Positions 50,784-61,121 of a stretch of 64,000 nucleotides of DNA are shown here, one piece after another. Origin of the DNA: Synechococcaceae cyanobacterium SM2_3_1 (GTDB lineage: Bacteria; Cyanobacteriota; Cyanobacteriia; Thermostichales; Thermostichaceae); the NCBI GenBank assembly GCA_012030715.1, contig JAAUUJ010000002.1, positions 4,966 through 68,965 on the forward strand. Reading direction: 5' to 3'. The number at the start of each line of letters is the position of its first letter. Position 1 is the stretch's first letter. Below the pieces are notes generated by a model. That model saw only the letters and a list, made by a program, of their open reading frames with translations. It was not told the DNA's origin and searched no databases. The translations under genes and the position numbers were made by a program.

Positions 50784-52214
50784 ATGGATAGGATTGCCGC
50801 CTGCGAACGTCTCCTCCGGCTTCTGGATCACCATCTTTTTGCCTCAGGGAAAGACATGCCTGTGTTATCTCCCCTCAGCCCTGCTCAACTGCGGGAGAAG
50901 ATCCCCCTGAGGTTGCCGCCGGAAGGCATCTCCCTGGAGGAGCTACAGGATCTGATCGGGCTCTATCTTGATTACACAGTGAACACCGCCCATCCCCTGT
51001 ACCTGAATCAACTCTGGGGAGGTGTAGATCTGCCCTGTGTCTGGGGAGATCTGGTCACCAGTGTCACCAACACCTCGATGTTCACCTACGAAGTCGCTCC
51101 GGTTGCCACCCTGATCGAGCAGGAGCTGATCCGCAAGATGGGATCATTGGTGGGCTTTGGGCAGGTGGAGGGACAGTTCACCACAGGCGGCAGTAACGGT
51201 AATCTCATGGCGATGGCCATGGCCCGCTATCGCAAAGATCCCGACGGCAAAAGCCAGGGCATGCGGCAACACCGTCCGCTGGTGGCGCTGGTGTCGGCAG
51301 AAGCCCACTATTCCTTTGAGCAGGCCGCCCATCTGCTGGGGCTGGGCACCGATCACCTCTGGAGAATTCCCACCGATCCCCAGGGTCGCATGGTGGTGGC
51401 AGAGGCAGAACGGCTGATCCGGCAGGCAAAAGCTGGGGGGGCCTGTCCTTTTTTTCTGGCGGCCACCGCAGGAACGACCGTTCAGGGGGCCTTCGATCTC
51501 CTCCCCCCTCTCACCCAGCTAGCCCACCAAGAGGATCTGTGGCTGCACGTGGATGGCGCCTGGGGAAGTAGTGTCCTGCTCAGTCCTAACCATCGTCATC
51601 TGCTGCAGGGGGTGGAACAGGCGGATTCTCTGGTGTGGGATGCCCACAAGATGATGGGGATGACCCTCCCCTGTTCGGTATTGTTGATTAATGGTGATCA
51701 TCAGGGCCTGATGACCAAGACCTTTGCCAGCGGAGGGCGCTCCTACCTGTTTCATGAAACGGCAGATCCTGCCTTTGATCTGGGCCTGGGCAGCATGCAC
51801 TGTGGCCGCCGCGTCGATGCCCTCAAGCTCTGGCTCACCTGGAAACATCTGGGGGACAGAGGCTGGGCCGAGCGCATTGATCGCTATTTTCAGCTGGCCC
51901 AGCAGGCGGAAACCTGGATCCAGTCCTCCCCCCATCTGCAGTTGGTGACACCCCGGCAGTCCCTGAACCTCTGTTTTCAGTACGTTCCTGAAGATCCCAG
52001 TCTGGATCGAAATCAACTGGTCCTGGAGATTCGTCAACGCTTGCTGCAGGAGGGGATTGCCATGGTGAACTATGCTCAGATCGTTTCCCAGACGGTGTTT
52101 CGGCTGGTCCTCTGCAACAATCAAACCCAGCCCGACGATCTGGACCGCTTTTTCACTCATCTGGTCCGCATCGGTCATGAGCTGGAGATCCAGACCAGAC
52201 CCGCTAGGCTGTAG
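50784..52214 (+). CDS. PLP-dependent group II decarboxylase (glutamate / aromatic-amino-acid / cysteine-sulfinate decarboxylase family)
   Basis: Within ORF 50694..52214 I prefer ATG 50784 (MDRIAACERLL). Motifs: FTTGGSNGNLMAMAMAR, LHVDGAWG, and DAHKMMG carrying the PLP lysine. Confidence 0.85.
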   Translation: MDRIAACERLLRLLDHHLFASGKDMPVLSPLSPAQLREKIPLRLPPEGISLEELQDLIGLYLDYTVNTAHPLYLNQLWGGVDLPCVWGDLVTSVTNTSMFTYEVAPVATLIEQELIRKMGSLVGFGQVEGQFTTGGSNGNLMAMAMARYRKDPDGKSQGMRQHRPLVALVSAEAHYSFEQAAHLLGLGTDHLWRIPTDPQGRMVVAEAERLIRQAKAGGACPFFLAATAGTTVQGAFDLLPPLTQLAHQEDLWLHVDGAWGSSVLLSPNHRHLLQGVEQADSLVWDAHKMMGMTLPCSVLLINGDHQGLMTKTFASGGRSYLFHETADPAFDLGLGSMHCGRRVDALKLWLTWKHLGDRGWAERIDRYFQLAQQAETWIQSSPHLQLVTPRQSLNLCFQYVPEDPSLDRNQLVLEIRQRLLQEGIAMVNYAQIVSQTVFRLVLCNNQTQPDDLDRFFTHLVRIGHELEIQTRPARL

Positions 52215-52248
52215 GCTGAAAGAGTGAACCTCTGGGGAGACCAACCAC

Positions 52249-52434
52249 ATGGAAGCCCAACTGAACAACTTTCTTCGCAACATCAGTGGCTGGACCCGCA
52301 AAGCCACGATCCAGACACGGGACACCTTTTCGGACATTGATTGGGGTAATCTAAAGCTGCTCTGGATCAAAACCCAGGTCATTCTGGGAGACAGTTGGGG
52401 AGCCATGATCAAGGGTCCACGGGATCGCGCCTGA
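52249..52434 (+). CDS. small hypothetical protein (61 aa)
   Basis: ORF track only. GGGAGA lies upstream of the ATG. No family recognised. It fills the gap between the decarboxylase gene and trpS. Confidence 0.3.
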   Translation: MEAQLNNFLRNISGWTRKATIQTRDTFSDIDWGNLKLLWIKTQVILGDSWGAMIKGPRDRA

Positions 52435-52471
52435 ACAACCCTGGCTGAGACAAGCACTTCAAATCTCCATT

Positions 52472-53467
52472 ATGGATAAACCACGCATATTCTCTGGGAT
52501 TCAGCCCTCCGGGGATCTACATATGGGCAATTATCTGGGGGCAATCCAGACCTGGGTGGCGGAGCAGGAAAAGTATGAGAACTACTTCTGCATCGTCGAT
52601 CAACATGCCATGACGGTGCCTTACGATCCGCAGCAGCTGGCGGCCCGAACCCAGGAGGTGTTTGCCCTCTATCTGGCCTGTGGTCTCAACCCGGATCATT
52701 GTGTTTTATTCGTCCAGTCTCATGTTCCTGCCCACACGGAGCTGGCCTGGTTGTTTAACACCTTTACCCCCATGAACTGGTGTGAACGCATGATCCAGTA
52801 CAAAGAAAAAAAGGACAAGGTGGGGGAAGAGGCCAGCGTGGGATTATTCAGCTATCCGGTGCTGCAGGCTGCCGATATACTTCTCTACCAGCCCCGCTAT
52901 GTGCCGGTGGGGGAGGATCAGCGCCAGCACATCGAACTCTGTCGCGATATTGCCCGCCGCTTTAACGACCGTTTTGGGGAGCTGTTTACCATCCCAGAGG
53001 CTCTGATCCGCACGCAGGGGGCCCGAGTCATGAGCTTGACGGACGGCAACAAAAAGATGTCGAAGTCCGATCCCTCCCCCCAGAGCCGGATCAACCTGCT
53101 GGACAGCCCCGAAGAAATTCAGAAGAAGATCAAAAAATGCAAGACGGATCCGGTGCGGGGCCTGACATTCGATGATCCAGAGCGTCCAGAAGCCCACAAC
53201 TTGCTCACCCTCTACCAGCTCCTCTCCCAGCAAAACAAAGCGGATGTGGCTCGCGAATGCGCGGAGATGGGGTGGGGACAGTTTAAGCCCCTGTTGACCG
53301 AAGTGGTGATCAACTCCCTGCAAGCGATTCAGCAGCGCTATCAGGACCTACGGCAGGAGCCGGACAAGTTGCAGCATCTGATCCGTGAGCACGCCAAACG
53401 CGCCCATGCTCGAGCCAGCAGTACCCTCCAGAACGTGAGGGACCTCATGGGTCTGTTGTCTCCATAA
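52472..53467 (+). CDS. trpS: tryptophan--tRNA ligase
   Basis: ORF track 331 aa. It has a HIGH-like motif (SGIQPSGDLHMGNYLGA) and KMSKS. Confidence 0.95.
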   Translation: MDKPRIFSGIQPSGDLHMGNYLGAIQTWVAEQEKYENYFCIVDQHAMTVPYDPQQLAARTQEVFALYLACGLNPDHCVLFVQSHVPAHTELAWLFNTFTPMNWCERMIQYKEKKDKVGEEASVGLFSYPVLQAADILLYQPRYVPVGEDQRQHIELCRDIARRFNDRFGELFTIPEALIRTQGARVMSLTDGNKKMSKSDPSPQSRINLLDSPEEIQKKIKKCKTDPVRGLTFDDPERPEAHNLLTLYQLLSQQNKADVARECAEMGWGQFKPLLTEVVINSLQAIQQRYQDLRQEPDKLQHLIREHAKRAHARASSTLQNVRDLMGLLSP

Positions 53468-53675
53468 CAACTCTCCCGAAAAATCCACCGATCCGCTTGT
53501 GATCGGGACACACCTATGTCTACACTCAATGTGCTGCTTAACATGGGAACACAAACCCTGGCAAGGACAGGGGGCAGCCTTGAGCCAGGCTATTTTGCAG
53601 CCACAGCCCTTGGAGAGGAGAGGTGCAGTTTGTTCCCTCAGAGTGTCGAGCGTTTCCTGGAGACTGAGTCTAACC

Positions 53676-55256
53676 ATGCCTAAAATTATTGTCACCGATC
53701 CTATTGACAGCGCAGGAATTGACATCCTCTCCCAGGTGGCCCACGTGGATGTGCGGATCAAACTGCCCCCAGAGGAGCTGATTGCAGCCATCCCCGACTA
53801 CGATGCGATTATGGTGCGCTCCGGCACACGGGTCACCCGCGAGGTCATTGAGGCTGGCACCAAGTTAAAGATCATTGGCCGAGCTGGGGTAGGTGTAGAC
53901 AACATTGATGTTCCAGCCGCCACTAAGGCGGGCATCCTGGTCGTCAATTCTCCAGAAGGCAACACGATTGCCGCCGCAGAACACGCTGTCACTCTGATGA
54001 TGGGCCTCTCTCGGCATGTGGCAGATGCAAACACCTCCCTAAAGTCAGGTCAGTGGCAGCGACAGCAGTTTGTGGGTGTGGAGGTTTACAAAAAGACCCT
54101 GGGGGTGGTTGGCCTGGGCCGGATCGGGTCCCATGTGGCTCATATCGCCGCCGCCATGGGCATGAAGATCCTGGCTTATGATCCCTATCTTTCCCTGGAG
54201 CGAGCCCAGCAGCTGGGAGCTCGGTTGGTAGACTTTAACACTTTGCTGCAGGAGTCAGACTACGTCACCCTCCATATTCCCAAAACCCTAGAAACCACCA
54301 ACCTGTTTAATGCCGAAGCCTTCAAACTCATGAAACCCACCGCCCGTCTGATCAACTGTGCGCGGGGCGGGTTAATCGATGAAGCAGCTCTCTGTGAGGC
54401 CATTAAGGCAGGCGAGATTGCAGGAGCAGCTCTGGATGTGTTTGCCAGTGAACCGCTGACGGATTCTCCCCTCTTCCAGATGGGCAAAGAGGTGTTGATC
54501 ACCCCTCACCTGGGGGCTTCCACAGAAGAGGCTCAAACCAACGTGGCGGTGGACGTGGCAGAACAGATCCGGGATGTGCTGTTGGGCTTACCAGCCCGCT
54601 CGGCGGTGAATATCCCCGGTCTGCAGCCCGAAGTCCTGGAGAAACTGAAACCCTATCTGGATCTGGCAGAGCTGCTCGGCAATATGGTGGGTCAGCTGGC
54701 GGGAGACCGCGTCGATCAGCTGGAGATCCGCATGCAGGGAGAACTGGCGGAACGGGATGGCCAGCCCATGATCATTGCTGCCCTCAAGGGACTGCTGACT
54801 CTGGCCCTGCAGGAGCGGGTCAACTATGTCAATGCCTCCCTAGAGGCCAAGGAGCGGGGCATTCGCGTCGTGGAAACTCGGGATCCTTCCTCGCGGGATT
54901 ATGCCGGATCGATTCATCTGGCTGCCCATGGACCCAATGGCAAACGCTCGGTAACGGGGGCTCTGATTGGGGAACGGGAGGTGCGGGTGACAGAAATTGA
55001 TGGCTTTCCCATTAACGTTCCCCCCTCCACCAACATGCTGATGACCCTGCACCGCGACATGCCCGGCCTGATCGGCAAGATCGGAACCCTGCTGGGCACC
55101 TACAATGTCAACATTGCCAGTATGCAGGTGGGCCGCAAGCATGTGCGTGGAGACGCTGTCATGGTCCTGAGCCTAGATGACCCCCTACCCGATGGCATTT
55201 TGGAGGAAGTCTTGAAGGAACCGGGCATCCGTGATGCCTTTGTGGTCAACCTGTGA
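53676..55256 (+). CDS. serA: D-3-phosphoglycerate dehydrogenase (with ASB and ACT domains)
   Basis: Within ORF 53499..55256, the conserved start is MPKIIVTDPIDSAGIDIL at ATG 53676. The NAD site is GVVGLGRIGSHVA, the catalytic His is in ITPHLGAST, and there is a C-terminal ACT domain. Confidence 0.93.
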   Translation: MPKIIVTDPIDSAGIDILSQVAHVDVRIKLPPEELIAAIPDYDAIMVRSGTRVTREVIEAGTKLKIIGRAGVGVDNIDVPAATKAGILVVNSPEGNTIAAAEHAVTLMMGLSRHVADANTSLKSGQWQRQQFVGVEVYKKTLGVVGLGRIGSHVAHIAAAMGMKILAYDPYLSLERAQQLGARLVDFNTLLQESDYVTLHIPKTLETTNLFNAEAFKLMKPTARLINCARGGLIDEAALCEAIKAGEIAGAALDVFASEPLTDSPLFQMGKEVLITPHLGASTEEAQTNVAVDVAEQIRDVLLGLPARSAVNIPGLQPEVLEKLKPYLDLAELLGNMVGQLAGDRVDQLEIRMQGELAERDGQPMIIAALKGLLTLALQERVNYVNASLEAKERGIRVVETRDPSSRDYAGSIHLAAHGPNGKRSVTGALIGEREVRVTEIDGFPINVPPSTNMLMTLHRDMPGLIGKIGTLLGTYNVNIASMQVGRKHVRGDAVMVLSLDDPLPDGILEEVLKEPGIRDAFVVNL

Positions 55257-55431
55257 GAACTCTCTCCAGAGAGCCTGGACTGGAGATGCAGCAACAGCCT
55301 CAAGATCTGTGGTAACTCGCCTGGTGAAGACGGGGATCAGGGCTCCAGAGCCTATTCAGGCCCAGAGGGTCCTGGTTGTCAAAGCTGGCAGGGGTAGTTA
55401 CGATCAAGTCTACTGGCTGGAGGCAGACGCA

Positions 55432-55941
55432 ATGATTGAGATGCATGTTGCCGGAATTGCGGTGGATGCTGCAAACCAGAGCCCTATCATCATTCTGCGT
55501 GACACCTATGAACGGAGAGCGCTACCCATCTGGGTTGGGCGTGCTGAGGCCAATGCCATCCTCCAGGCTCTAGAAGATCACAAACCTGCGCGTCCGATGA
55601 CTCATGATCTGATCCTCAGCTCCTGGGAGACCTGGGGAATCAAGGTGGAACGCATTGTCATTCACGCCCTCATGGACAACACCTTTTATGCGGTTCTCAC
55701 CACCATCAATGGAGAGAAAAAGCAGGAGATCGATTGCCGCCCCAGTGATGCGATCGCGATTGCCTTGCGGGCTAATGTCCCCATCTGGACAGTTGAGGAA
55801 GTCATTGCAGAAGCATCCCTCCCCATGAATCAGGACGCCGATGAAGCGGAACGGGAGGAGTTTCACAACTTTCTGGAAAATGTCAACCCCAGTGACTTTA
55901 TCAAGAGCCGTTCTGGTCTGGATGTCCCCCCCGAAAGTTAG
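55432..55941 (+). CDS. bifunctional nuclease family protein (DUF151/BFN domain)
   Basis: Within ORF 55231..55941 I prefer ATG 55432 (MIEMHVAGIAVDAANQSPIIILRD...PIWVGRAEANAI...RPMTHDL...RPSDAIAIALR). Confidence 0.8.
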   Translation: MIEMHVAGIAVDAANQSPIIILRDTYERRALPIWVGRAEANAILQALEDHKPARPMTHDLILSSWETWGIKVERIVIHALMDNTFYAVLTTINGEKKQEIDCRPSDAIAIALRANVPIWTVEEVIAEASLPMNQDADEAEREEFHNFLENVNPSDFIKSRSGLDVPPES

Positions 55942-56027
55942 GTCTGTGGTTTACTCCTGATCCGGCTCCGGTTGCAGGGAACGGTTGCGACAGATCCCCA
56001 GCTCAGGCTGCAAACGACAAACATAGG

Positions 56028-57925
56028 TCAGATCAGGGGGCGAGTCCGGATCGAGAGTTGGCACCTGTAACGGGGTCTGACGGGGGATCGGAGAAGGGCT
56101 GGGGGTCGGGGTGGGCGGGCTGTGGATGGAGGTGGGAAAACAGGAGTGGGCAGAGGAGAAGGAATGCGGCGAGGAGGCTGATAGACCCGCTGATAAAGAC
56201 TGACCGCCTCTCCTAACTCCGTAGATCCAGCGGCTAAACGGGTAAGGGCTTGACGGCTAGTTTCCGGATCTTGGGTCCGTTGCAGTTGCTGCAGCGCCTG
56301 GCGATAGTCTTCCCACGCTGAAGTTTCCTGAGGCAAAGAGGTTCTGGCTTCCTCGACAATATCCAGGGCCGTGGTCCAGTTACCTCTGCTGATCGCCAGG
56401 CTCAACCGTGAGAGGTAGGCCCCCACAATTCTCTCCATAGAGGGGGAAAGGGGCACGGCTTGCGGAGACTCCAGATTTTCCTGCAGGTACTGGCGATACC
56501 TCAGTAATTCCTCCCGATCCTCAGGAAACTCAGCCAACATCAGATCTAGCAACTCAATGGCACTCACCCAATCTCCTTCGCGGACGGCACGCCGCCGCTG
56601 ACGCTCATATAACTCCCGTAATGTCAGGGTGGGGCTCGGAGACGGCTGCAAACTCAAGTCAATCTCCCCCCGAAAGGAGTGCTGACGCTGAAAAACCCAG
56701 ATCAAGCCGGGGCTGCAAAGGATCAGCACCCCCATGAATACCAGCGTTCGCCATAGGCGGGACTGGGGGGATGGTGGCGCGGAAACCCAGATACGGAGAA
56801 GCGAGGATCCTGGAGCTGCTGAGTTACTTCGGTCTGCGACTGACCAGAATCCGTTGTTGACCTGGCTGTCGCAGCCAAACTGTCTGCTGGTTCCGAAGCG
56901 GTTGCCCTTGTTTCGGGGGAAGAATCAGCGGCAACAGGGGCAGGAAAGAGAGAAGGAGGTCCTGCAGTCTCCTCAGCCTCAGGGTGCAGCGCTGCAAAGA
57001 GCCGCAGACTGAGTTGCTCCATCGTGGCGGGACGCTGCTCCGGATCCTTAGATAGGCAGCTCATAATCACCGCCTCCACCGCCGTTGAAACCGCATGGGG
57101 CAGAAGGTGCTGCTGCATGGGCAAGGGATCGAGATGGTTGTGGGCTTCAATCCAGGCCCAGATGGAATCGGTCTCCGGCTGCAGGGGCAGGTGACCCGTT
57201 AACATTTCGTAGAGAACGATGCCGAGGGAGTAGATATCGGAGCGGGCATCCAACTTTTTACCCCGCAACTGCTCTGGGGAGGCATACATGGGAGAACCCA
57301 CAAAGCCAAGCTGCTCAGTGCCTAGCGAGAGGCTCATGTCACCGATGATCTTGGCCACCCCAAAATCCAGGATCTTGATCGTTTCATCCGTCCGTCCCAG
57401 GGCCGGATCCGTAAGTACAAAGATATTACTGGGCTTAATATCGCGGTGAATCACACCCTTGATGGTCTGATCTTCCAGCTGAGCCTCAAACCCATGGGCA
57501 TAATGCAACCCGGCACAGAGCTGGCGGGCCAGTCGGACCACGCGCCCCACCGGCAGAGACTGTCGTTGTTTTAAAATCTCAGTTAAACTCTGCCCCTGCA
57601 AGGGAGGAGAGCCCAGATACTCCATCACCAGGAAAGGTGCATCCCGATCCAGGCCGTAATCATGAACCTTAATAATATTAGGATGATCCCCCAGCAGGGC
57701 ACTAATGCGGGCCTCTTCCTGAAAACGGCGACGCAACTGTTGATGCAAGTCCTGAGATCCGATCAAACGTGGGTGCAGCAGCTTGATCGCTACCACACGG
57801 CTAAACATCTGCAGGTCAACCGCCTGATAAACTTCCCCCATGCCTCCCGCACTGATGAGATGGGTAAGTTGATAGCGATCTTTGATCAAACGCCCAATCT
57901 CAGGCTGAGACATACTGGTGCCCAT
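56028..57925 (-). pseudogene. Ser/Thr protein kinase with TM helix and helical-repeat C-terminal domain, split by an apparent -1 frameshift
   Basis: ORF 56723..57925 holds the Hanks kinase domain (GGMGEVYQA, AIK, HRDIKPSN, DFG, SPEQ) and a Ser/Pro-rich linker ending ...HHPPSPAYGERWYSWGC*. The other frame reads ...PPSPQSRLWRTLVFMGVLILCSPGLIWVFQRQ (TM) and continues as ORF 56028..56735. The candidate site is the G6 run on the + strand at 56765-56770. Confidence 0.85.
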
Positions 57926-58106
57926 CCAGGAGCAGAGGTTCTAGTTGAGTGTAAGCGATGCACCCCCTCTCCAGCACAACCGATGACCGCAGTCTTCCTT
58001 GAGAGAACTGCTGACCTGCAGCCCTGATCAGGAATCGGACTCATGCCATCAAGGGCCTCTTACTATAGTAAAAATACAGTCCTGGTAGACCCGACCCACA
58101 GAGAAG

Positions 58107-59921
58107 ATGTGCATGTCGATTCCAGCACCCAGTGAGCATTTTGCGGACCCATCCCCGCCACAGTCAACAACTCCAACCGTGGAACAGGCTCACATTTGTG
58201 CCTTTCAGGACATGGTTGAACATGCCACTGACATCATTTCTCGCTTTGATCGCAATTACCGCCATGTGTATATCAGTCCTACAGTTGAGCGCGTCTCCGG
58301 TTTCTCCCCCCGCCAGTTTATGGGCCGCACGCTAGCGGAAAGCCCGACTCCCACCTTTGCCGCTCAGGCCTGGCAATCTGCACTGGAGCAGACCTTTGTC
58401 ACAGGGGATCCGCAACAAACTGAGGTCAGTTTTGTGGATGGCAAGGGTCAGTTAACTCACGCATTTCAATCCAATTTTATTCCTGAGTTCGGCGAGGAGC
58501 AGCAAGTCCACAGTGTGCTGGTGATCAGCCGCAATATCACCAACCTGAAACAGGTGGAAGCCAACCTCCGACAAAGTGAGGCTCGCTATCGGGCCCTGCT
58601 GGAGGCGATTCCAGATGCGGTTGCCCAAACTAACGATGAGGGGGATTATCTGTTTTACAAACCCTCTGCCCTGGTGAAAACGTATGAACTGGATCAGGAT
58701 CGCCTGGGGCATAATCTGCGGGAATATTTAGCACCGGAGGTGGCAGAAGCAGCGATCCAGCACCTGCAGCGGGCGTTAGCAGAGCAGAAACTCCAGACCT
58801 TTGAGTACAGTGTCGAAGTGGATCAGGTGCGGCGGTATCGTGAGGCTCGTTCGATTCCCTACGGAGAACATGAGGTTTTGAGCCTAGTCCGCGATGTTAC
58901 CGATCGCAAGCAAGCAGAGGCGGATCTGGAACAAGCGCTCCGCCAGGCGAAAGCCGCAAATCAAGCCAAAAGTCAGTTTCTGGCCAACATGAGCCATGAG
59001 TTGCGTACCCCTCTGAGCGCGATTCTTGGTTTTGCCCAACTGCTGGCCAGCCGCGCCACCCTCAGTACAGAAGAGCAGGAATACCTGCGGATCATCCGCC
59101 GCAATGGCGAACACCTGTTGACCTTGATCAGCGATATTTTAGAGATGTCACGCATTGAAACAGGACAGGAGTCGCTGCAGACGGGCGAATTTAATCTGTG
59201 CAGGTTGGCGGGTGATCTGGTTGATCTCTTCACTTTGCAGGCCCAGAATCGGGGCATTGAGGTCCAGGCCCATCTGGCGTCCGATTTACCGCAGTGGGTT
59301 GATGCAGATCAGCTGAAGCTGCGTCAGATCCTGCTGAATCTGTTCAGCCACGCATTGGATCGCGCCCCACAAGGCCAGATCACCCTCAGGATTTCAGTTC
59401 TGCCGCCACTCAAGGAAGCAGCGTCCCCCCGCCTCTCCATTACCATTAAAGACACTGGCCCAGGTATGACAGAGGCGGAGATGACAGCATTTCTACAGCT
59501 GGATCCGGATCCACCAGCAGCACCGCAACAGGAGCATCGGCTCAGTCTCAGCCTGCGGTACTTGCAACTCATGGGAGGACAGCTCACCCTCACCAGTGAA
59601 TGGGGCCAGGGCTCCTGTTTCTCCCTTTTGATTCCGATTCAGGTGCTGCCCGATCCCGCAGAATTCTCCGCTTCGGAGGAACCCACTTTTGCCTTCTCCC
59701 CTCCCCAGCTCCCCGTTCTACTCGCGGCTCTCGCTCACCTCTCTATTGAAGATCTGAAGCAGCTGCACCAAGCTGCCCTGGAAGCCAACCCTCAGCGCAC
59801 TAGGGCAGTTCTGGAAACCCTGACCCAGCTTTCTCCCCTGGCGCAGCAGATCTTGACAGAATGGATCGAAAGCTATCAGTTTGATTCGATTATCGGCCTG
59901 ATCGAGAAGTTGCCGTCATGA
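58107..59921 (+). CDS. sensor histidine kinase with two PAS-like regions and a helical C-terminal extension
   Basis: ORF track 604 aa. It has the H-box ANMSHELRTPLSAILGF and an ATPase domain with an atypical G2 region (EHRLSLSLRYLQLMGG instead of GGTGLGL). The C-terminus reads ...LSIEDLKQLHQAALEANPQRTRAVLETLTQ...WIESYQFDSIIGLIEKL. Confidence 0.8.
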   Translation: MCMSIPAPSEHFADPSPPQSTTPTVEQAHICAFQDMVEHATDIISRFDRNYRHVYISPTVERVSGFSPRQFMGRTLAESPTPTFAAQAWQSALEQTFVTGDPQQTEVSFVDGKGQLTHAFQSNFIPEFGEEQQVHSVLVISRNITNLKQVEANLRQSEARYRALLEAIPDAVAQTNDEGDYLFYKPSALVKTYELDQDRLGHNLREYLAPEVAEAAIQHLQRALAEQKLQTFEYSVEVDQVRRYREARSIPYGEHEVLSLVRDVTDRKQAEADLEQALRQAKAANQAKSQFLANMSHELRTPLSAILGFAQLLASRATLSTEEQEYLRIIRRNGEHLLTLISDILEMSRIETGQESLQTGEFNLCRLAGDLVDLFTLQAQNRGIEVQAHLASDLPQWVDADQLKLRQILLNLFSHALDRAPQGQITLRISVLPPLKEAASPRLSITIKDTGPGMTEAEMTAFLQLDPDPPAAPQQEHRLSLSLRYLQLMGGQLTLTSEWGQGSCFSLLIPIQVLPDPAEFSASEEPTFAFSPPQLPVLLAALAHLSIEDLKQLHQAALEANPQRTRAVLETLTQLSPLAQQILTEWIESYQFDSIIGLIEKLPS

Positions 59922-61093
59922 CCCCCTCCTCACCCCCCTCTATCCTGGTGGTGGATGATCAACTAGAAAATCTGAAACTGCTTGCGTCTTTTCTGACCCT
60001 TCACCATTACGAGGTACGGGCGGTTACCAGCGGCAAAGCGGCACTCAACACCGTCCAGGCGATGCCCCCTGATCTAATCCTGTTGGACATTATGATGCCA
60101 GATCTGGATGGGTATCAGGTGTGTCAGATCTTAAAACAGGATCCCCTGACCCGTGAGATTCCGGTGCTGTTTATTAGCGCTATCACAGAAACCGCAGACA
60201 AAGTCAAAGCCTTTGAAGTGGGGGGTGTTGACTATGTCACGAAGCCCTTTCAAATGACTGAAGTCCTGGCGCGTGTGAAAACTCACCTGGTCCTATCCCG
60301 CCAGCGCAAAGATATTGCCGTTCTGCAGCGCCTCAATTTACTCAAGGATATTTTTGTCAGTACGATTTCTCATGAGCTCCGCACCCCGCTCACCAACATG
60401 CGGATGGCCCTGCAGATGCTGGCCTTGGCCCCGCTACCGGAGAAATTTCAGCGCTATCGCCAGATCTTAGAAACTGAATGCCAGCATGAAATTGAACTCA
60501 TTGAGGATCTCTTAAAACTCCAGGAGCAGGAAACCCTGATCTTCAACCGCCAGCGTCAGACTATCGTGATTGCCGACTGGCTGCCTCCTCTTCTGCAGCA
60601 ACTCCAACCCAGCTTTGCTCAACAGCATATCCATTTGCAGACCTCAATGACGGAGCCCCTACCTTTGCTCGCCACCGATCCGTTCTACCTGAATCGCTCC
60701 CTGACGGAACTGTTGCTCAATGCTTGCTACCACACAGCTGTGGGCGAATCTGTCCAACTTCATGTCTTTTCCCTATCAGAAGCGGAGCTCTCTACTTTAT
60801 TTCCACCTCTACAGCGGGAGGGAGAGGTGCAGAGTCGGGGGGGCATTTGTTTCCGGATCTCCAATCCAGGCGAGATTCCAACCGAAGAGATACCCTACAT
60901 TTTTGATAAGTTCCACCGTATTCCTAAAAAGGATCTCTGGCAAAACCGTGGCATGGGGTTGGGATTGGCAGTCGTCAAACATTTGATCCGAGAGATGGAG
61001 GGAGCAATCGGGGTCGGGTGCCGGGAGGGCTGGGTGCATTTTGCGATCTGGATTCCCTTGACGACTTCTGTTTCCGAGGCAAGTGTAGGATAA
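59918..61093 (+). CDS. response-regulator receiver fused to histidine kinase core (REC-HisKA-HATPase)
   Basis: ORF track 391 aa. REC reads ILVVDDQ...DLILLDIMMPDLDGYQ...VTKP. The H-box is STISHELRTPLTNM and the G box is RGMGLGLAVVKHL. It overlaps the upstream kinase stop by 4 nt (ATGA). Confidence 0.85.
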   Translation: MTPSSPPSILVVDDQLENLKLLASFLTLHHYEVRAVTSGKAALNTVQAMPPDLILLDIMMPDLDGYQVCQILKQDPLTREIPVLFISAITETADKVKAFEVGGVDYVTKPFQMTEVLARVKTHLVLSRQRKDIAVLQRLNLLKDIFVSTISHELRTPLTNMRMALQMLALAPLPEKFQRYRQILETECQHEIELIEDLLKLQEQETLIFNRQRQTIVIADWLPPLLQQLQPSFAQQHIHLQTSMTEPLPLLATDPFYLNRSLTELLLNACYHTAVGESVQLHVFSLSEAELSTLFPPLQREGEVQSRGGICFRISNPGEIPTEEIPYIFDKFHRIPKKDLWQNRGMGLGLAVVKHLIREMEGAIGVGCREGWVHFAIWIPLTTSVSEASVG

Positions 61094-61121
61094 CGGTGGC
61101 CGTCTCCATTCCTGCTGTTCT

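Noticed and set aside
59461-59600. Hidden compensating frameshift to explain the atypical G2 box of the 604-aa kinase
   Set aside because: I translated the two alternative frames across EHRLSLSLRYLQLMGG. Neither yields a GGTGLGL-like motif and both hit stops soon after, so the divergence appears genuine.
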